A stretch of DNA of 64,000 nt from Paraspadella gotoi (lineage: Eukaryota; Animalia; Chaetognatha). The notes beneath the pieces are model-generated. The model saw only the letters and a list, made by a program, of their open reading frames with translations. It searched no databases and had not been told where the DNA came from. The position numbers and the translations under genes were made by a program. Positions 1 to 11,218 of the stretch are shown piece by piece; the stretch's first letter is position 1; each line of letters begins with the position of its first letter. The DNA lies in contig CM119265.1 in the NCBI GenBank assembly GCA_051294375.1, forward strand, positions 23,776,669-23,840,668. The letters are read 5' to 3'.

Positions 1-3000
1 AAATTAAATCTGCCCCTACATCCAAATGATAAGGTCAAAACATGGTCCACAATCACATCAGGGAATGTTGATGACGATTTGCTCCCAAGCTATGAAATTT
101 ATGAAGACGACATACTTGCAGATATAAGGAACGCCAATCAGCATAATACTAAAATATCCACAACCCAAGTTAAAAAAATAGAAAAGGATTATTCTTCTCT
201 AAGCGGAAACTTTCAAGTGAGAAGTATTATTGATGAAAATATTCTTTCTGCTTCTGATGAAATGGAAGAAGGTGAATTGTATTCTGACAGTGAAGGAATA
301 ACTGAATATGATAATGTTGGCATTTTTAAATGTCAAAAAAGGAAAAAAAGTACAGAAGGTAAAGAAACTATAAAAAAGTCAAGCAATCTAAGAAGATTAC
401 CAAGAGGTCGTAAAACCATTCAATTGGATTCGGACTTGAGCCAAAACAAAGATAATGAAGAATGCGGCTTAAGGTTTTCAAATTTTCTTGAAAGTAAACC
501 TTCGGATGAACCCATGGATTTTATCGAAAATGAATCACATGAGAACAAAACGGGTAAATTTAAATTAAAGGATATAAGGAAATTTTCACCTTCTAATAAT
601 TGGGATGAGGCAATATGTAGCCGTGATTCAAGGCCTAAAAGCAGCAGTAATGAAAACGATAATTTTGAAAAAGATAATATTTTTACAAAAAAATTACTTA
701 TTTTAAATGAGAAACTTAAACGAAAAGCAAAAGAATCTGAGACTTTGGCACCGAATATTAAAAAAGCTAGGAAAGTGACTCTTTGTAACAATTCGGGTAA
801 AATGGTAAGTCCCGTAAAGGAGTGCCGTAAAACAAAATCGAAAAATGTCAGATATGAACAAAAAAAATCTCAAGCATTGATGAAAACTCACCATTCCCCA
901 TTGCAAACACAAAACAAAATAATTCCATACAGCGTTTGGAAGAAAGGAACAGTTGTAGCGAAAGATAATTTTATGGTTACAATAAAACCAAAAAAAGAAT
1001 ATGGTAAAAAAGAAATTCAGACAGAAATAAATAAATATTGCTTAAGCCCTAAAACTGGTGATTCCGTTGATTATCAAACACATAAAGGTATTATAATTGC
1101 TGTGACTGTAACGGAATACAAAACTAGAAGTATTAATGAATACAATCAGTATCTCTTAAATTCTATTGAAGTTTCTGAAAATCCAGAAGAATTTGAAAAC
1201 TACCTTGAAAAAACATTACCTAACAAGCAACTGTGGATCGAGTTATCATCCATGAAATTAAAAATATGTGATCTGGAAGAGTATTTTTCAAATTTGATCA
1301 TTCTTTTTCAAGCAATATTTAAAAATATCGTATGTTCTTTTATTAGTCTTATTACAAGTTTATTTTCAGAAATCCTCATTTGTCAAAATTTTCAAGAAAA
1401 TATACAAATGGTATTTGATAATGTTTTAGAGTTTAAAAGGATGTATAATGGTAAAACTTTACCTTTGTTAATTAAAGATTTTATCTTACTTTTTTTGGCT
1501 AAAATTCCACAGTTTGCTGGGATTCTTGAACCTATTATCGCATCTATTTCAAATAAAGAGCTAACTTCACCCTTTTTCTTTAAAATATTTCAACTAACAG
1601 TGAATGGAAATCATCTTAAGCCATGGTCTCTTAAGAATTTCGAATCTCTTCCTCCTTTTTTGACCACGAAAGAGTTATTAGGCAATTCTATGATTAAAGA
1701 TCATTTGCTCAGACCTGTTCAGTTGGTATACCCTAATATAGAGAGTTATATGGATACTTATTTCCGACTGATGAGGGTAGAAACTTTTGATCTTATGCTT
1801 AATGGACTACATGAACTTCAGCGATATAAACTCCCTAATGATATAAATATATTTTTTTCATCTGAACTAATTGGATATTCCTGGTCTACTAATGATTTGG
1901 AGTTAGAATTTAAAGTTAATTCAAATCATAAAAAATTTAATTGTCGATATGGCAGCCTTGTTGGCCTTTTTTTTAGTAGTTTCAAGGAAGAACCAATTTG
2001 GGGTCAAACTGTTCACTCCAAAGACAATAATTTATCCATAATTATTGAAAAAAGTCTCAGTGAAATGGTTGACATTATTGATGTTCTTTTAAGTAAAAAA
2101 GTTCATATAGTAGAAGTACAATGCAACTATTCCACATACAAACCAGTTTTAAGCTCATTTAAAGATTCCATACTAGAAAATTTACCCTTAAAAAATGAAA
2201 TAGTTCATGCAGATTATTTGGAAAGCGATCCTTTTTCTAAAGTACCAGAATATTTCAATAATATTAGTAACACTGTGGAAACTCTTTTGAAAAATTTTAT
2301 TTTTCGAAATAAGAAAGAAATTTTGCTTTATTGCTTCACTCATAAACTAGCAATTGTTCATGGTCCACCCGGTTGTGGAAAAACATCTCTAGCGGTGGAT
2401 ATTGTAAAAATTTTGGTTAAGTTGAAAAGAATATTTGAAGATCCGCCAGAGAAATTCAATATTGATGAGACTTCTTTTTCAAGCATTGAAAATTCAGAAA
2501 ATGAAGAAGCCAATTCAACATTAGAGATTCAAGATAATTCCATCGATGCATTCTCTCAGCAACCCGACCAAATTGCTCCAGAAATTAATTTATCAGAGAA
2601 TCCAGAACCAGATAATGAAAAAATTTTGCTAAACAAAATTTCAGAATTAAAAGAGGAAATTAAATCTTTTATAAAAAACGAGTCAAAAGAACAGGTATCT
2701 GGTTTAGAAACATTAAAAGATAAGCAAAATATAGAAAAACAAGACAGTAAGTCTGAAAATAATCTTATTCCATTTCCAATTCTCGTGTTATCTTATAAGA
2801 ATATGATCTTGGATGAGTTTTTAGGTCGGATGGTGAAATTATATGGAACCAATAAGGTTATCAGAATAGGCAATCGCTCAAAAAATGATGAGGTGAAGGT
2901 ATGCGCAATTACTGAACGTTTGGATAAAAATAAAAGTATTATTATGTTAAAAATTAAAATAAATAAATACTCGCGTGATGTTAGAGATATTTCAGACTCC

Positions 3001-5106
3001 ATGAAGAAAACTTCAATATGTAATCTTTTTTTAAATTACTTAACTGATGAACAGGTAATCAGTTTTGTTCAAATTTTTGCAGACCAAAATGTGGATATTC
3101 CTGTTTATAATTTGAAAGAGATATTTACTAGAAATGAAGATGAATTTGAAAATTATTTGTCCCAAGCACTCACTCATTGGTTTATACCAGCAAAAGATTA
3201 TTTTCAAAAATTGCATAAAAAATCAAAATCAGATGAAACTTTTATCGCTCAGTTTACATCTTTACTAGCAACAGACAAATGTACTCGTGAACATGATGAT
3301 GAAGAAACCGATTACCTCTTTGAGACTAAAGTTAAAAAAAACAGCAGAGCATTTACTCAAGATTACTTCTCTGAAAATCAATACAGTTTTCATTTCAATA
3401 ATAATAATAATGAAGAAAATGATAAATTGAGCTTTTTAGTTGAATGGAAAGACTTAGTCTTTTACGATGATGATTCTCTTGATCATTCTTTATTACTGGA
3501 TAACCCTTGGAAACTTTCTTATATTTCAAAATGTATTCTACTTCAAGTATTATTCAAAAAGTGGTACGAGGAAAACAAACAAAGATTAACAGAAACTCTG
3601 TCAACACTATCAGAGTTAATATTGGAAAAAAAAGAAAGAGAAATAAGAGAAAGTGTGAAAATTTGTAGAAAATCACTAGTTGTGGGAATGACAATTACAG
3701 GAGCATGTATGAAACGAGATATATTGCAAAGATTAAAACCAAAAATTGTCATAGTTGAAGAAGCTTGTGAAATTCTAGAACCTGCACTTATTTCTGTCCT
3801 CAATCCTGCTCTGGAACATTTAATTCTTATTGGCGATCATGAGCAGTTAAAGCCAAGTCTGAATAATTATATTTTGAAAAAAAATTATAATTTTGACATA
3901 TCTATGATGGAAAGGCTGATAAAAGCGGGTAATATTGAATATACACAACTAAATGTTCAAAACCGAATGAGACCAGAGCTTTCCAAATTATTAAAAGATA
4001 TTTACCCTTTTTTATTAGATAATAATCAGTTGACAGTTAGAAACAAAAATGTTCCTTTTATCAAAAACTGTGTTTCTTTCTGGGATCATGAATTTCCCGA
4101 ATCCAAAAACGGCAGTTATTCTAATGAGGAAGAAGCAAATATGGTTGTTAGTTTATCAAAATTTTTAGTAGAGTATGGCTGTGACAGAGATTCTATCACA
4201 ATTCTTACTCCATATTCAGGTCAAAAGTCTCTTATCAACGAAAAGAAACCACCAGTCTCAGTGCATACAATTGACGCCTTTCAAGGAAATGAAAACAGTC
4301 ACATTATAGTTTCTCTTGTTAGATCGAACAAAAAGGGTTTAATTGGTTTTCTAAAAGAGAGAAATCGACGATGTGTTGCTCAGTCACGTGCCAAATGTAC
4401 TTTAATATTTGTCGGAAACTCTAAAACTTTTACAAAAAATTATAACTGTTGGAGAAATTTATTAATGCAAGTCAAACCATTAAGATTTCTACAAATATTT
4501 TGCCCATTGCATGGCACAATGCTGAAAGGTGTACACAAAATTGGAAACAATAGTTTAGAAAAAAATATAAGTAAAAAATTTTGTTCTGAAGTTTGCTCTG
4601 AGACATTAGAATGTGGTCATAAATGTGAACGCTCCTGCCATTTCCATGATAAAAACCATGGAATTTGCGAACAAACTTGCCTTCAACTCAAAGACTGTAA
4701 GAAACATAAATGTCAACTAAAATGCAATAAATCTCATTGGAATCATCAGCACAATTATTGCTCAATTGTTTGCAGACAAAGGATGGATTGTGGAAATCAT
4801 TTGTGTGAAGAAATATGCTCTAACGAACATAACCATAACTCATGTAAAAAATATATACACTTTAAATTCCAAGATTGCCATCATAGCCAATTACGAGTAT
4901 GCAGTGAATCGGAAGAAAACCAGAAATGCAAAACATGCAACTTAAATAAGCTTGAGACTATTGAATGCGCCGTTTGTTTGGATAAAAAAGTATCCATCAA
5001 CTTTAGTCCTTGCGGTCATTTTGCCTGTGAAGATTGCGCTCAGCATCTGCCTAATTGTCATATTTGTCGAAAGATCATCGAAAGAAAAACAAAAATTTTT
5101 TTATAG
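1..5106 (+). CDS. ZNFX1: ZNFX1-like UPF1/SF1 RNA helicase with NF-X1-type Zn fingers and a C-terminal RING; single exon here, 5'-partial
   Basis: Frame 1 is open from base 1 (the track's start at 79 is TTG). Motifs: YMDTYFRLMRVE, Walker A GPPGCGKT (~2362), VIVEEACEILE, LIGDHEQLKP, SMMERL, QNRMRPE, TIDAFQGNE, RRCVAQSRAK; Cys/His repeats (LECGHKCERSCH, MDCGNHLCEEIC); terminal CAVC..PCGH..CEDC..CHIC. Family call is firm, strict orthology is not. Confidence 0.9.
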   Translation, partial: KLNLPLHPNDKVKTWSTITSGNVDDDLLPSYEIYEDDILADIRNANQHNTKISTTQVKKIEKDYSSLSGNFQVRSIIDENILSASDEMEEGELYSDSEGITEYDNVGIFKCQKRKKSTEGKETIKKSSNLRRLPRGRKTIQLDSDLSQNKDNEECGLRFSNFLESKPSDEPMDFIENESHENKTGKFKLKDIRKFSPSNNWDEAICSRDSRPKSSSNENDNFEKDNIFTKKLLILNEKLKRKAKESETLAPNIKKARKVTLCNNSGKMVSPVKECRKTKSKNVRYEQKKSQALMKTHHSPLQTQNKIIPYSVWKKGTVVAKDNFMVTIKPKKEYGKKEIQTEINKYCLSPKTGDSVDYQTHKGIIIAVTVTEYKTRSINEYNQYLLNSIEVSENPEEFENYLEKTLPNKQLWIELSSMKLKICDLEEYFSNLIILFQAIFKNIVCSFISLITSLFSEILICQNFQENIQMVFDNVLEFKRMYNGKTLPLLIKDFILLFLAKIPQFAGILEPIIASISNKELTSPFFFKIFQLTVNGNHLKPWSLKNFESLPPFLTTKELLGNSMIKDHLLRPVQLVYPNIESYMDTYFRLMRVETFDLMLNGLHELQRYKLPNDINIFFSSELIGYSWSTNDLELEFKVNSNHKKFNCRYGSLVGLFFSSFKEEPIWGQTVHSKDNNLSIIIEKSLSEMVDIIDVLLSKKVHIVEVQCNYSTYKPVLSSFKDSILENLPLKNEIVHADYLESDPFSKVPEYFNNISNTVETLLKNFIFRNKKEILLYCFTHKLAIVHGPPGCGKTSLAVDIVKILVKLKRIFEDPPEKFNIDETSFSSIENSENEEANSTLEIQDNSIDAFSQQPDQIAPEINLSENPEPDNEKILLNKISELKEEIKSFIKNESKEQVSGLETLKDKQNIEKQDSKSENNLIPFPILVLSYKNMILDEFLGRMVKLYGTNKVIRIGNRSKNDEVKVCAITERLDKNKSIIMLKIKINKYSRDVRDISDSMKKTSICNLFLNYLTDEQVISFVQIFADQNVDIPVYNLKEIFTRNEDEFENYLSQALTHWFIPAKDYFQKLHKKSKSDETFIAQFTSLLATDKCTREHDDEETDYLFETKVKKNSRAFTQDYFSENQYSFHFNNNNNEENDKLSFLVEWKDLVFYDDDSLDHSLLLDNPWKLSYISKCILLQVLFKKWYEENKQRLTETLSTLSELILEKKEREIRESVKICRKSLVVGMTITGACMKRDILQRLKPKIVIVEEACEILEPALISVLNPALEHLILIGDHEQLKPSLNNYILKKNYNFDISMMERLIKAGNIEYTQLNVQNRMRPELSKLLKDIYPFLLDNNQLTVRNKNVPFIKNCVSFWDHEFPESKNGSYSNEEEANMVVSLSKFLVEYGCDRDSITILTPYSGQKSLINEKKPPVSVHTIDAFQGNENSHIIVSLVRSNKKGLIGFLKERNRRCVAQSRAKCTLIFVGNSKTFTKNYNCWRNLLMQVKPLRFLQIFCPLHGTMLKGVHKIGNNSLEKNISKKFCSEVCSETLECGHKCERSCHFHDKNHGICEQTCLQLKDCKKHKCQLKCNKSHWNHQHNYCSIVCRQRMDCGNHLCEEICSNEHNHNSCKKYIHFKFQDCHHSQLRVCSESEENQKCKTCNLNKLETIECAVCLDKKVSINFSPCGHFACEDCAQHLPNCHICRKIIERKTKIFL

Positions 5107-5130
5107 TAAGTCTATTAATTATTCACCTAC

Positions 5131-5686
5131 TAAAGAGTAGAAAAAATTCTAAATTTAACTTTAATTAAAATTCTAAAAGTGAGGAACGAACAACATTATA
5201 CTAACGAACATTTATGTATAAACAAATTTCATAATTAATATTACAATTTACGCAGTAGGCCATATTTAATTATTTATACTAGTACTAATCCAATAATTGT
5301 TAAAATTTCAAAATAGTTTTTTGTAAGATTTGAATTCGTCATGAAAAGTTGATATAAAGAAATATAACTCTTTTTTAAAAATTCTTTCATTAAGTTGATC
5401 AAATATAATTTAATTTTTAACCCACTTAATGAAAGAATTTTTAAAAATGATTTATATTTTCTTTTATCAACTTTTGACGAGGAATTCAAATCTGCAATAA
5501 AAATTAAGAAAAGCCTCTTTTGAAATTTTTCGATTTTATAAGGATAGTACTATATATAAATATAGCCTCCTGCAAAAATTGAAGAACCTAAAATTAATTT
5601 TTTTTCTTCAAATTAATGTTCACTGATGGTATGTCGTTCAGAATTGACATTTAGAATTTTCGTATGTAACTTTCACTATACTCTAA
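5131..5686. mobile_element. PIF/Harbinger (Tourist-like) MITE, degenerate copy
   Basis: Colinear with 39704-40288 (ttctaaatttaactttaatt ... ttttcgtatgtaactttcacta); internal inverted repeats; TAA at both flanks. Confidence 0.7.
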
Positions 5687-6220
5687 TGGACATATATATG
5701 CCTATTATTATGCCTATTGTTCAGAATGTTTATTGTAAAGTTACTTTTAACTTACTTCATTTTAAGAAAAAATTTTCCCCTTTATCATTATTTATGCTAA
5801 ATGCAATGCTAAACATGTACGTTTCCTTATTCATTAATGTTTCTCAATTTGTTCCAAGCGGATTTAAAGCTTTTTTTTATTTTTGTAGTTTTTCTTATTA
5901 ATAAAGTACATCACATGTGGCATTTAAAAATTTGTATATTTACCTGCTGTAAAATAATTACTTTATCTGCATTCCAGTGAGCAATGAGCACTACGCATCA
6001 ACAGTATGTAGTTTTATTAGATTGATCGTTTTGATCTTGCTCCATCGCTTTGGCAAACCAGGATCGCAAGATTAGGCTCGTGTTTATATTTGTACAATAT
6101 TTGTACATAGTCATAGGAATTGAGCGATGGCAAGGTCGTATCAGGATCGAGACAAAATAGTACAATCAAAAGTTGCACCATCTGCAGAAGTAGCAGCCTC
6201 CAGAACAGTCCCGAGGCTTA

Positions 6221-6660
6221 TGTGTAGCAAAGATATTAAAATCAAGTAGAATCAAAATTTGAATAGTAGATCATGAACAGGTAAGTATCTGTGAACATTT
6301 TTAAATAAAATAAAATTTTTTTTTATTTTTCAGTTTAGGCATTAGCTCATATTTATACATAGTACTCGGCATTAAAATTTTAAAATTGTTTTTTCTTATT
6401 TTTGTAAGCAGATTCGAATTCCTCACAAAAAGTTAATAAAAGAAAATATAACTCTTTAGAAACTTATTTCATTAAGTGGGTCAAAATCCTAAAAACTGTT
6501 ATAGTTAATTTAATTTTAGTCAAAATAATAAAGTTTTTTCATTTTTAGCTAACTTAATGAAAACATTTTTGATTAAGACTTATATTTTCTTTTATCAACT
6601 TTTTATGAAGAATTCGAATTTGCTTTCAAAACTAATTTTCAAACTTACTTTCACTACGCC
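6221..6660. mobile_element. PIF/Harbinger (Tourist-like) MITE
   Basis: TTA on both sides (6218-6220, 6661-6663); right end ctttcactacgcc; reverse-complement similar to 50448-51009. Confidence 0.75.
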
Positions 6661-7654
6661 TTACTGTTCAATGTTCAATTGTTCATAGCTTGTACGTCAG
6701 ATGACCATTGTGTTACTGTGTTAATAAAAGAATAGCCAGTTCCAATGCGGAGTCACGCACGTCATTATAATTTATAAACGAACAAAGTGCTCGTTGACCT
6801 TAAGCTTGAGGTTAAATTCAGAATATTCGAAAGAAAGAATAATTACCAATTTTCACTAATAACGAAAACGTTCTTCACCGGTTACACATAATTATTTTTG
6901 TTTTTCACTTAACAATTTTTATTTCTTTTATTGCAGAAGATTTTCGATCGATTCTAAATTCAATGTCCGGCGAATTCCATTCAATTCCTTCATCTTCGTA
7001 TTACGCGGCAAAAAGTCTCGACTCCTCAATATTACGTCGGTCAAACAAACGAATTTCGACTTGATACAAATTTGGTTTGGTTGACCGGAGCTCTTTCTAG
7101 CGTATCCACACGAGGACGTAAAAAGCGTCTCACGTAAAAAATAAAAAAAATAAAAAAAACTGAGGACGAAATCACGAAATCTTTTCTCGACTATAAATAG
7201 AAATTCTTTTCGCGGCGGCGTCGTCATCCAAAGGCCGCAAAGTCTCGGCTTTTAACCCCATCGGTTGGGACATAAGTTATTAATTCTTGGGTAAGTTTTT
7301 TTCTTCGGGCTTTGCTTTAGTTTAGACTTCTTAATTTTATACGTGAAAGTTTATCTTTAAAATAATTTATTATACTTTATATACTAAGTTACTAACCGAA
7401 TCAAGATTAAATTTCGTAGTAATTTCAACTTACGTAATCATTGACATTTAGAAAAAAGAGTTCTATCGAAAGAGATTATTTCATTATCAAACAATCCATT
7501 TAGCCATTTGCTATCATCGTAGAAATGTTCTCGAGTGCGCGGGTCTTACTGAGTGCAAGAGCAAGACCAGTTCTCATTCGCTTTAGGCGAAAACCTCAGG
7601 TGGTTGAACCTCAAATCGATGGTAGATAAGAGGATGGTTCGAACGAATTGAGTA

Positions 7655-7656
<2 letters not shown>

Positions 7657-7720
<64 letters not shown>
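7657..7720. repeat. (CT)n microsatellite
   Basis: Direct reading. Confidence 0.95.
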
Positions 7721-8589
7721 ATCAGACGCAAAATCAAACGTCCTATTCTTTTTCATTTCGAACCAAAACACAAAAACACAGTTTTCCGATCGTAAATATG
7801 TAAAAATTATTGAAATGGGATTCTTGCGGATTAAATCCTGGCTGAATCGGTAAGGATGAAGCATCCGCCCGTACGGGCAAATGGGACAATTGATAAACTG
7901 TAACACGACAACTGTACGACCGAATCATCAATTGGACAAAACGATTTCTGACGAACTGTACTGAAAATAATTTAAATAAATTAAATAAATTACATTAACT
8001 AAATCTTGGCGTGAACTTGTTTCACTCACACCCTTTCGACTAATGATTATACGATGTCTTCCTTAATGTCCGTGATTGTTCATTTGTTCCCTATTTCATC
8101 TCAGTTCGTACTAATCTTACCACGCATTCCTGTTGAAACTGATATACTTTTGTTGTCCTCACCTACCTGCTCACGCCCTCCCTTACCCCGCGTCCCGTCC
8201 CTCGCTTTGACTAGGGATTATTTTTTCCAGCGGTGGCGGAGGTGTCGTTGTCTTCTTTCTTTTCCCGGAAAACTTTGGCTTCATAGGAAAGAAAAATGGC
8301 GTCGATGAAACCGGGACGAAAAATGGGGCAGCGAACGCGGCAAAGGGTGAGCCACCAACGGTCTCACGTGAGCGGGCGACCAAAGTGCACTATTTTTGTT
8401 TAATTTTTCAAGTGATCTATAAAGTTATTGCGAATGACCGATAATTTAAACTTCAAGTGCAATCGAAGCCTCTATCGATGTTCACTTGTTTCACTCGATT
8501 CACTTTTGTTCGTTTTCACCCCATCAGCCCGCAGACGGCGTCGCGGGAAGGAAGTCGACGATTTTGACATTTTGTTGATGAGCGGGTGA

Positions 8590-8640
8590 ATCTCAACTCG
8601 ATAGAGATGATCTCAACTCGATAGAGATGATCTCAACTTG
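8590..8640. repeat. 20-bp tandem repeat (atctcaactcgatagagatg, ~2.5 copies)
   Basis: Direct reading; an (ATC)n run follows at ~8772-8806. Confidence 0.85.
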
Positions 8641-8770
8641 GATGATCGCGTTCGTGAAGTCGTCATCTCTAAATCATGATTTTTTTTCGTTTCCCCGCTA
8701 AATCAAAAAAAAAGGAAAAAAATCTTTCCTCAAATCGTTTTCCTCATCATCACAAACACCATCTTCGTCG

Positions 8771-8807
<37 letters not shown>

Positions 8808-10523
8808 TCGGTCGCCTATCGTGACTTCGCTTCTTTATTCAGGCGCTCGTACGAAAGAAGTCTTCAGGAGTGGACCTCTTTCGGCCGAACGAAATAAACA
8901 AAGCTCAAGTCATACTTCATTTTAGTAATTTAAATTACCCTTGACTGTCTCGTCTATCAAAACTTTTTTTATCCACCTAAATAACTCTGGTATTAATCCC
9001 AGGTTATATGCTTCGAACTTGAACTCCATTCACAATACCTTCATTTTTAACGAGGTTGTTATCTACTTCCCATCTTAATTAAACATAATCCCCCAAATTA
9101 AAAAAACTACCACCAGCGAAAACCCACACAAAGTCCACCCATTCGAAAATCCTTACATTTAAAATTTTCTCGCATGCGAAATTGAACACATTTCGCAAAA
9201 ACAACAACATAATTTCCTTTTTAAAAAAACGCCAATTTCACTCCGAGGTTTCGAGTTTCGACCACCCCTTGGCTCAACATTTGGCCTAATTTTGGCCAAA
9301 ACATTTGGCCGACACTCGACGAGATTTTTCAGTCTCAAATTCGATCCTTAAATTTGTTTCACATCTTTTTTTTTCGTAAACAGTTTTCGTCTTCGTAATT
9401 TCAATTTCGAATTGAATTCGAGTCTTCATTAATTTTGTTCCTCGTGCGAGATCACACACCCCCCTTTTACAAATTTATCCCGTCCCGATAAACGTTCTCG
9501 ATTTAATCGTTTCTTCGTTTCTGTTTTAAGAATAAAACTCAAAATATACGAGTCACGGAACGATAACAAAGACGTGATCGAATCTTTAATGTTTCTTTCA
9601 TTCGAAAACCGAAACGACTTTTTTTTCCCCCTCTCTTTTTGCTAATTCTTCCCCAGAGAACCCGTCAGGATCGTCGGAGATTAGCAGACGGTTAAAAACG
9701 CGTAACGACTTCAATTTAGCTCGTTTCAACAGCAAGCGACGATCGACGGGGTAAAAATAGATGGGGATGTAGATAAATCGTGGGCCGCGGTGTCCCTGAC
9801 GACCTCGAATGCGTCGGCGACGACATCGAAGCGAATCGACGACGATCAAGTATCGGCGATCAAATTCGAAAAACGATTTTTCGACGATCGAAAAATCCCG
9901 CATCGGGGGCTTGAGGGGGGGAGGTACGGGCGACTGGGGGATCGGATGTTGGGGGAAGATCGGAACGGGGGGGGGGAGAAAGTGGGACAAGGGTAATCAG
10001 GGGTGGGGGGTTGGGTTGGATCGATCGGAAGGATACGGATGTAGAAATCGCAAAGAGGCGAAACGGGATCCTGGATGTTTTATTGTTGTTTTTCTGCCGG
10101 AGAAAATCTTAGCTCTTTTTTTTTTCTTCTTCTTTTATTTCGAAATTTGATGAAAAAAAAAAATTCTCATTTGGATTTTAGGATAGATTTTTTGAGTCTC
10201 GGAACTCCGACGATCAACGACCACAAAATCGAATTTAAAAAAAAAACAGTTTTTTTTTCTCCGAGGAGAAACCGAAAGCCCTAAAGGGGCTTTGACGACT
10301 TGAGGTCAAAAAATGCCCTTGAAAATGAAAGGGTCGCTTGTCAATTTGGCCGCCGAATGAGGTTGGAAAAACGGACTAAAATTCGAGAACAACGATTACG
10401 ATTACAAATTTATGGCCAATTTTTTAATTTGGAGAGTAGCTAAGGTAAGCGTGTGGAATTTTGTTGCCCAAATAAATCATCGTCGTCAAAAAAGAAAATT
10501 TTAAAAGTAACAAAGACCCATTT

Positions 10524-10767
10524 ATGGTAACGGGGAGACGTGTGATGCCCGGGGTGTGTGGCATCTCTCAAAAGCTGGCGCTCAGGGCTTTGGACCTGCG
10601 TTGTCCACCCCATGTCACTGGCGTGTTTATGCCGACACCATAACACTTTAACCACCGTGACCGTGAGGGGATTTATCTCGGAACTCACGATTGGTGAACG
10701 AGTACTTAGCTGTCCAAGCCAATGGGTTTCACGAAGCTATACGGGAGGTAAATTTAGGTTTCGCCAC
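10524..10767 (-). mobile_element. tRNA-headed SINE-like repeat, family 1
   Basis: Colinear with 29199-29424 (ctggcgctcagggctttggacctgc ... agctatacgggagg ... tcgccaca); B box degraded in this copy. Confidence 0.65.
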
Positions 10768-11218
10768 ACTTTCCTCAATTTCTTTATCATACTTGTCTCT
10801 CACTCTAGGGTCAACGACCCGACGCCATATCGGAGGATCATCCCTAAGTTTCTTTGTAGCCATTGAAAGGATCGAAGGTCATTGCAATTGCATGGATGCC
10901 AACGGACTCCTTCTGGGTTCTCTCGTCTTTGCCATTTTCGCCGCAGTTTTTCTCCTCTTGACTTCCGTCTGGTTTCTACTCCGTTGAGCGATTACTGACC
11001 GGAGGAGAAAGGATTGCCAAAAAGAAATCTTTTGAATTTTCGCGCCAAAAACTGCAAAAAAATATTGTCCTTACAGCGAAAGGCAACAATTTGAAGCGAA
11101 CTCGCTTTAGTGCGTACATTGTCAAAGATAATCGAACCTTAGTTTAAGAAAAACATAATAATTTTCAAGCCAAGTTTCAAATAAACTGAAGGCGATTTTC
11201 GAAAAATAACCATTGGTC

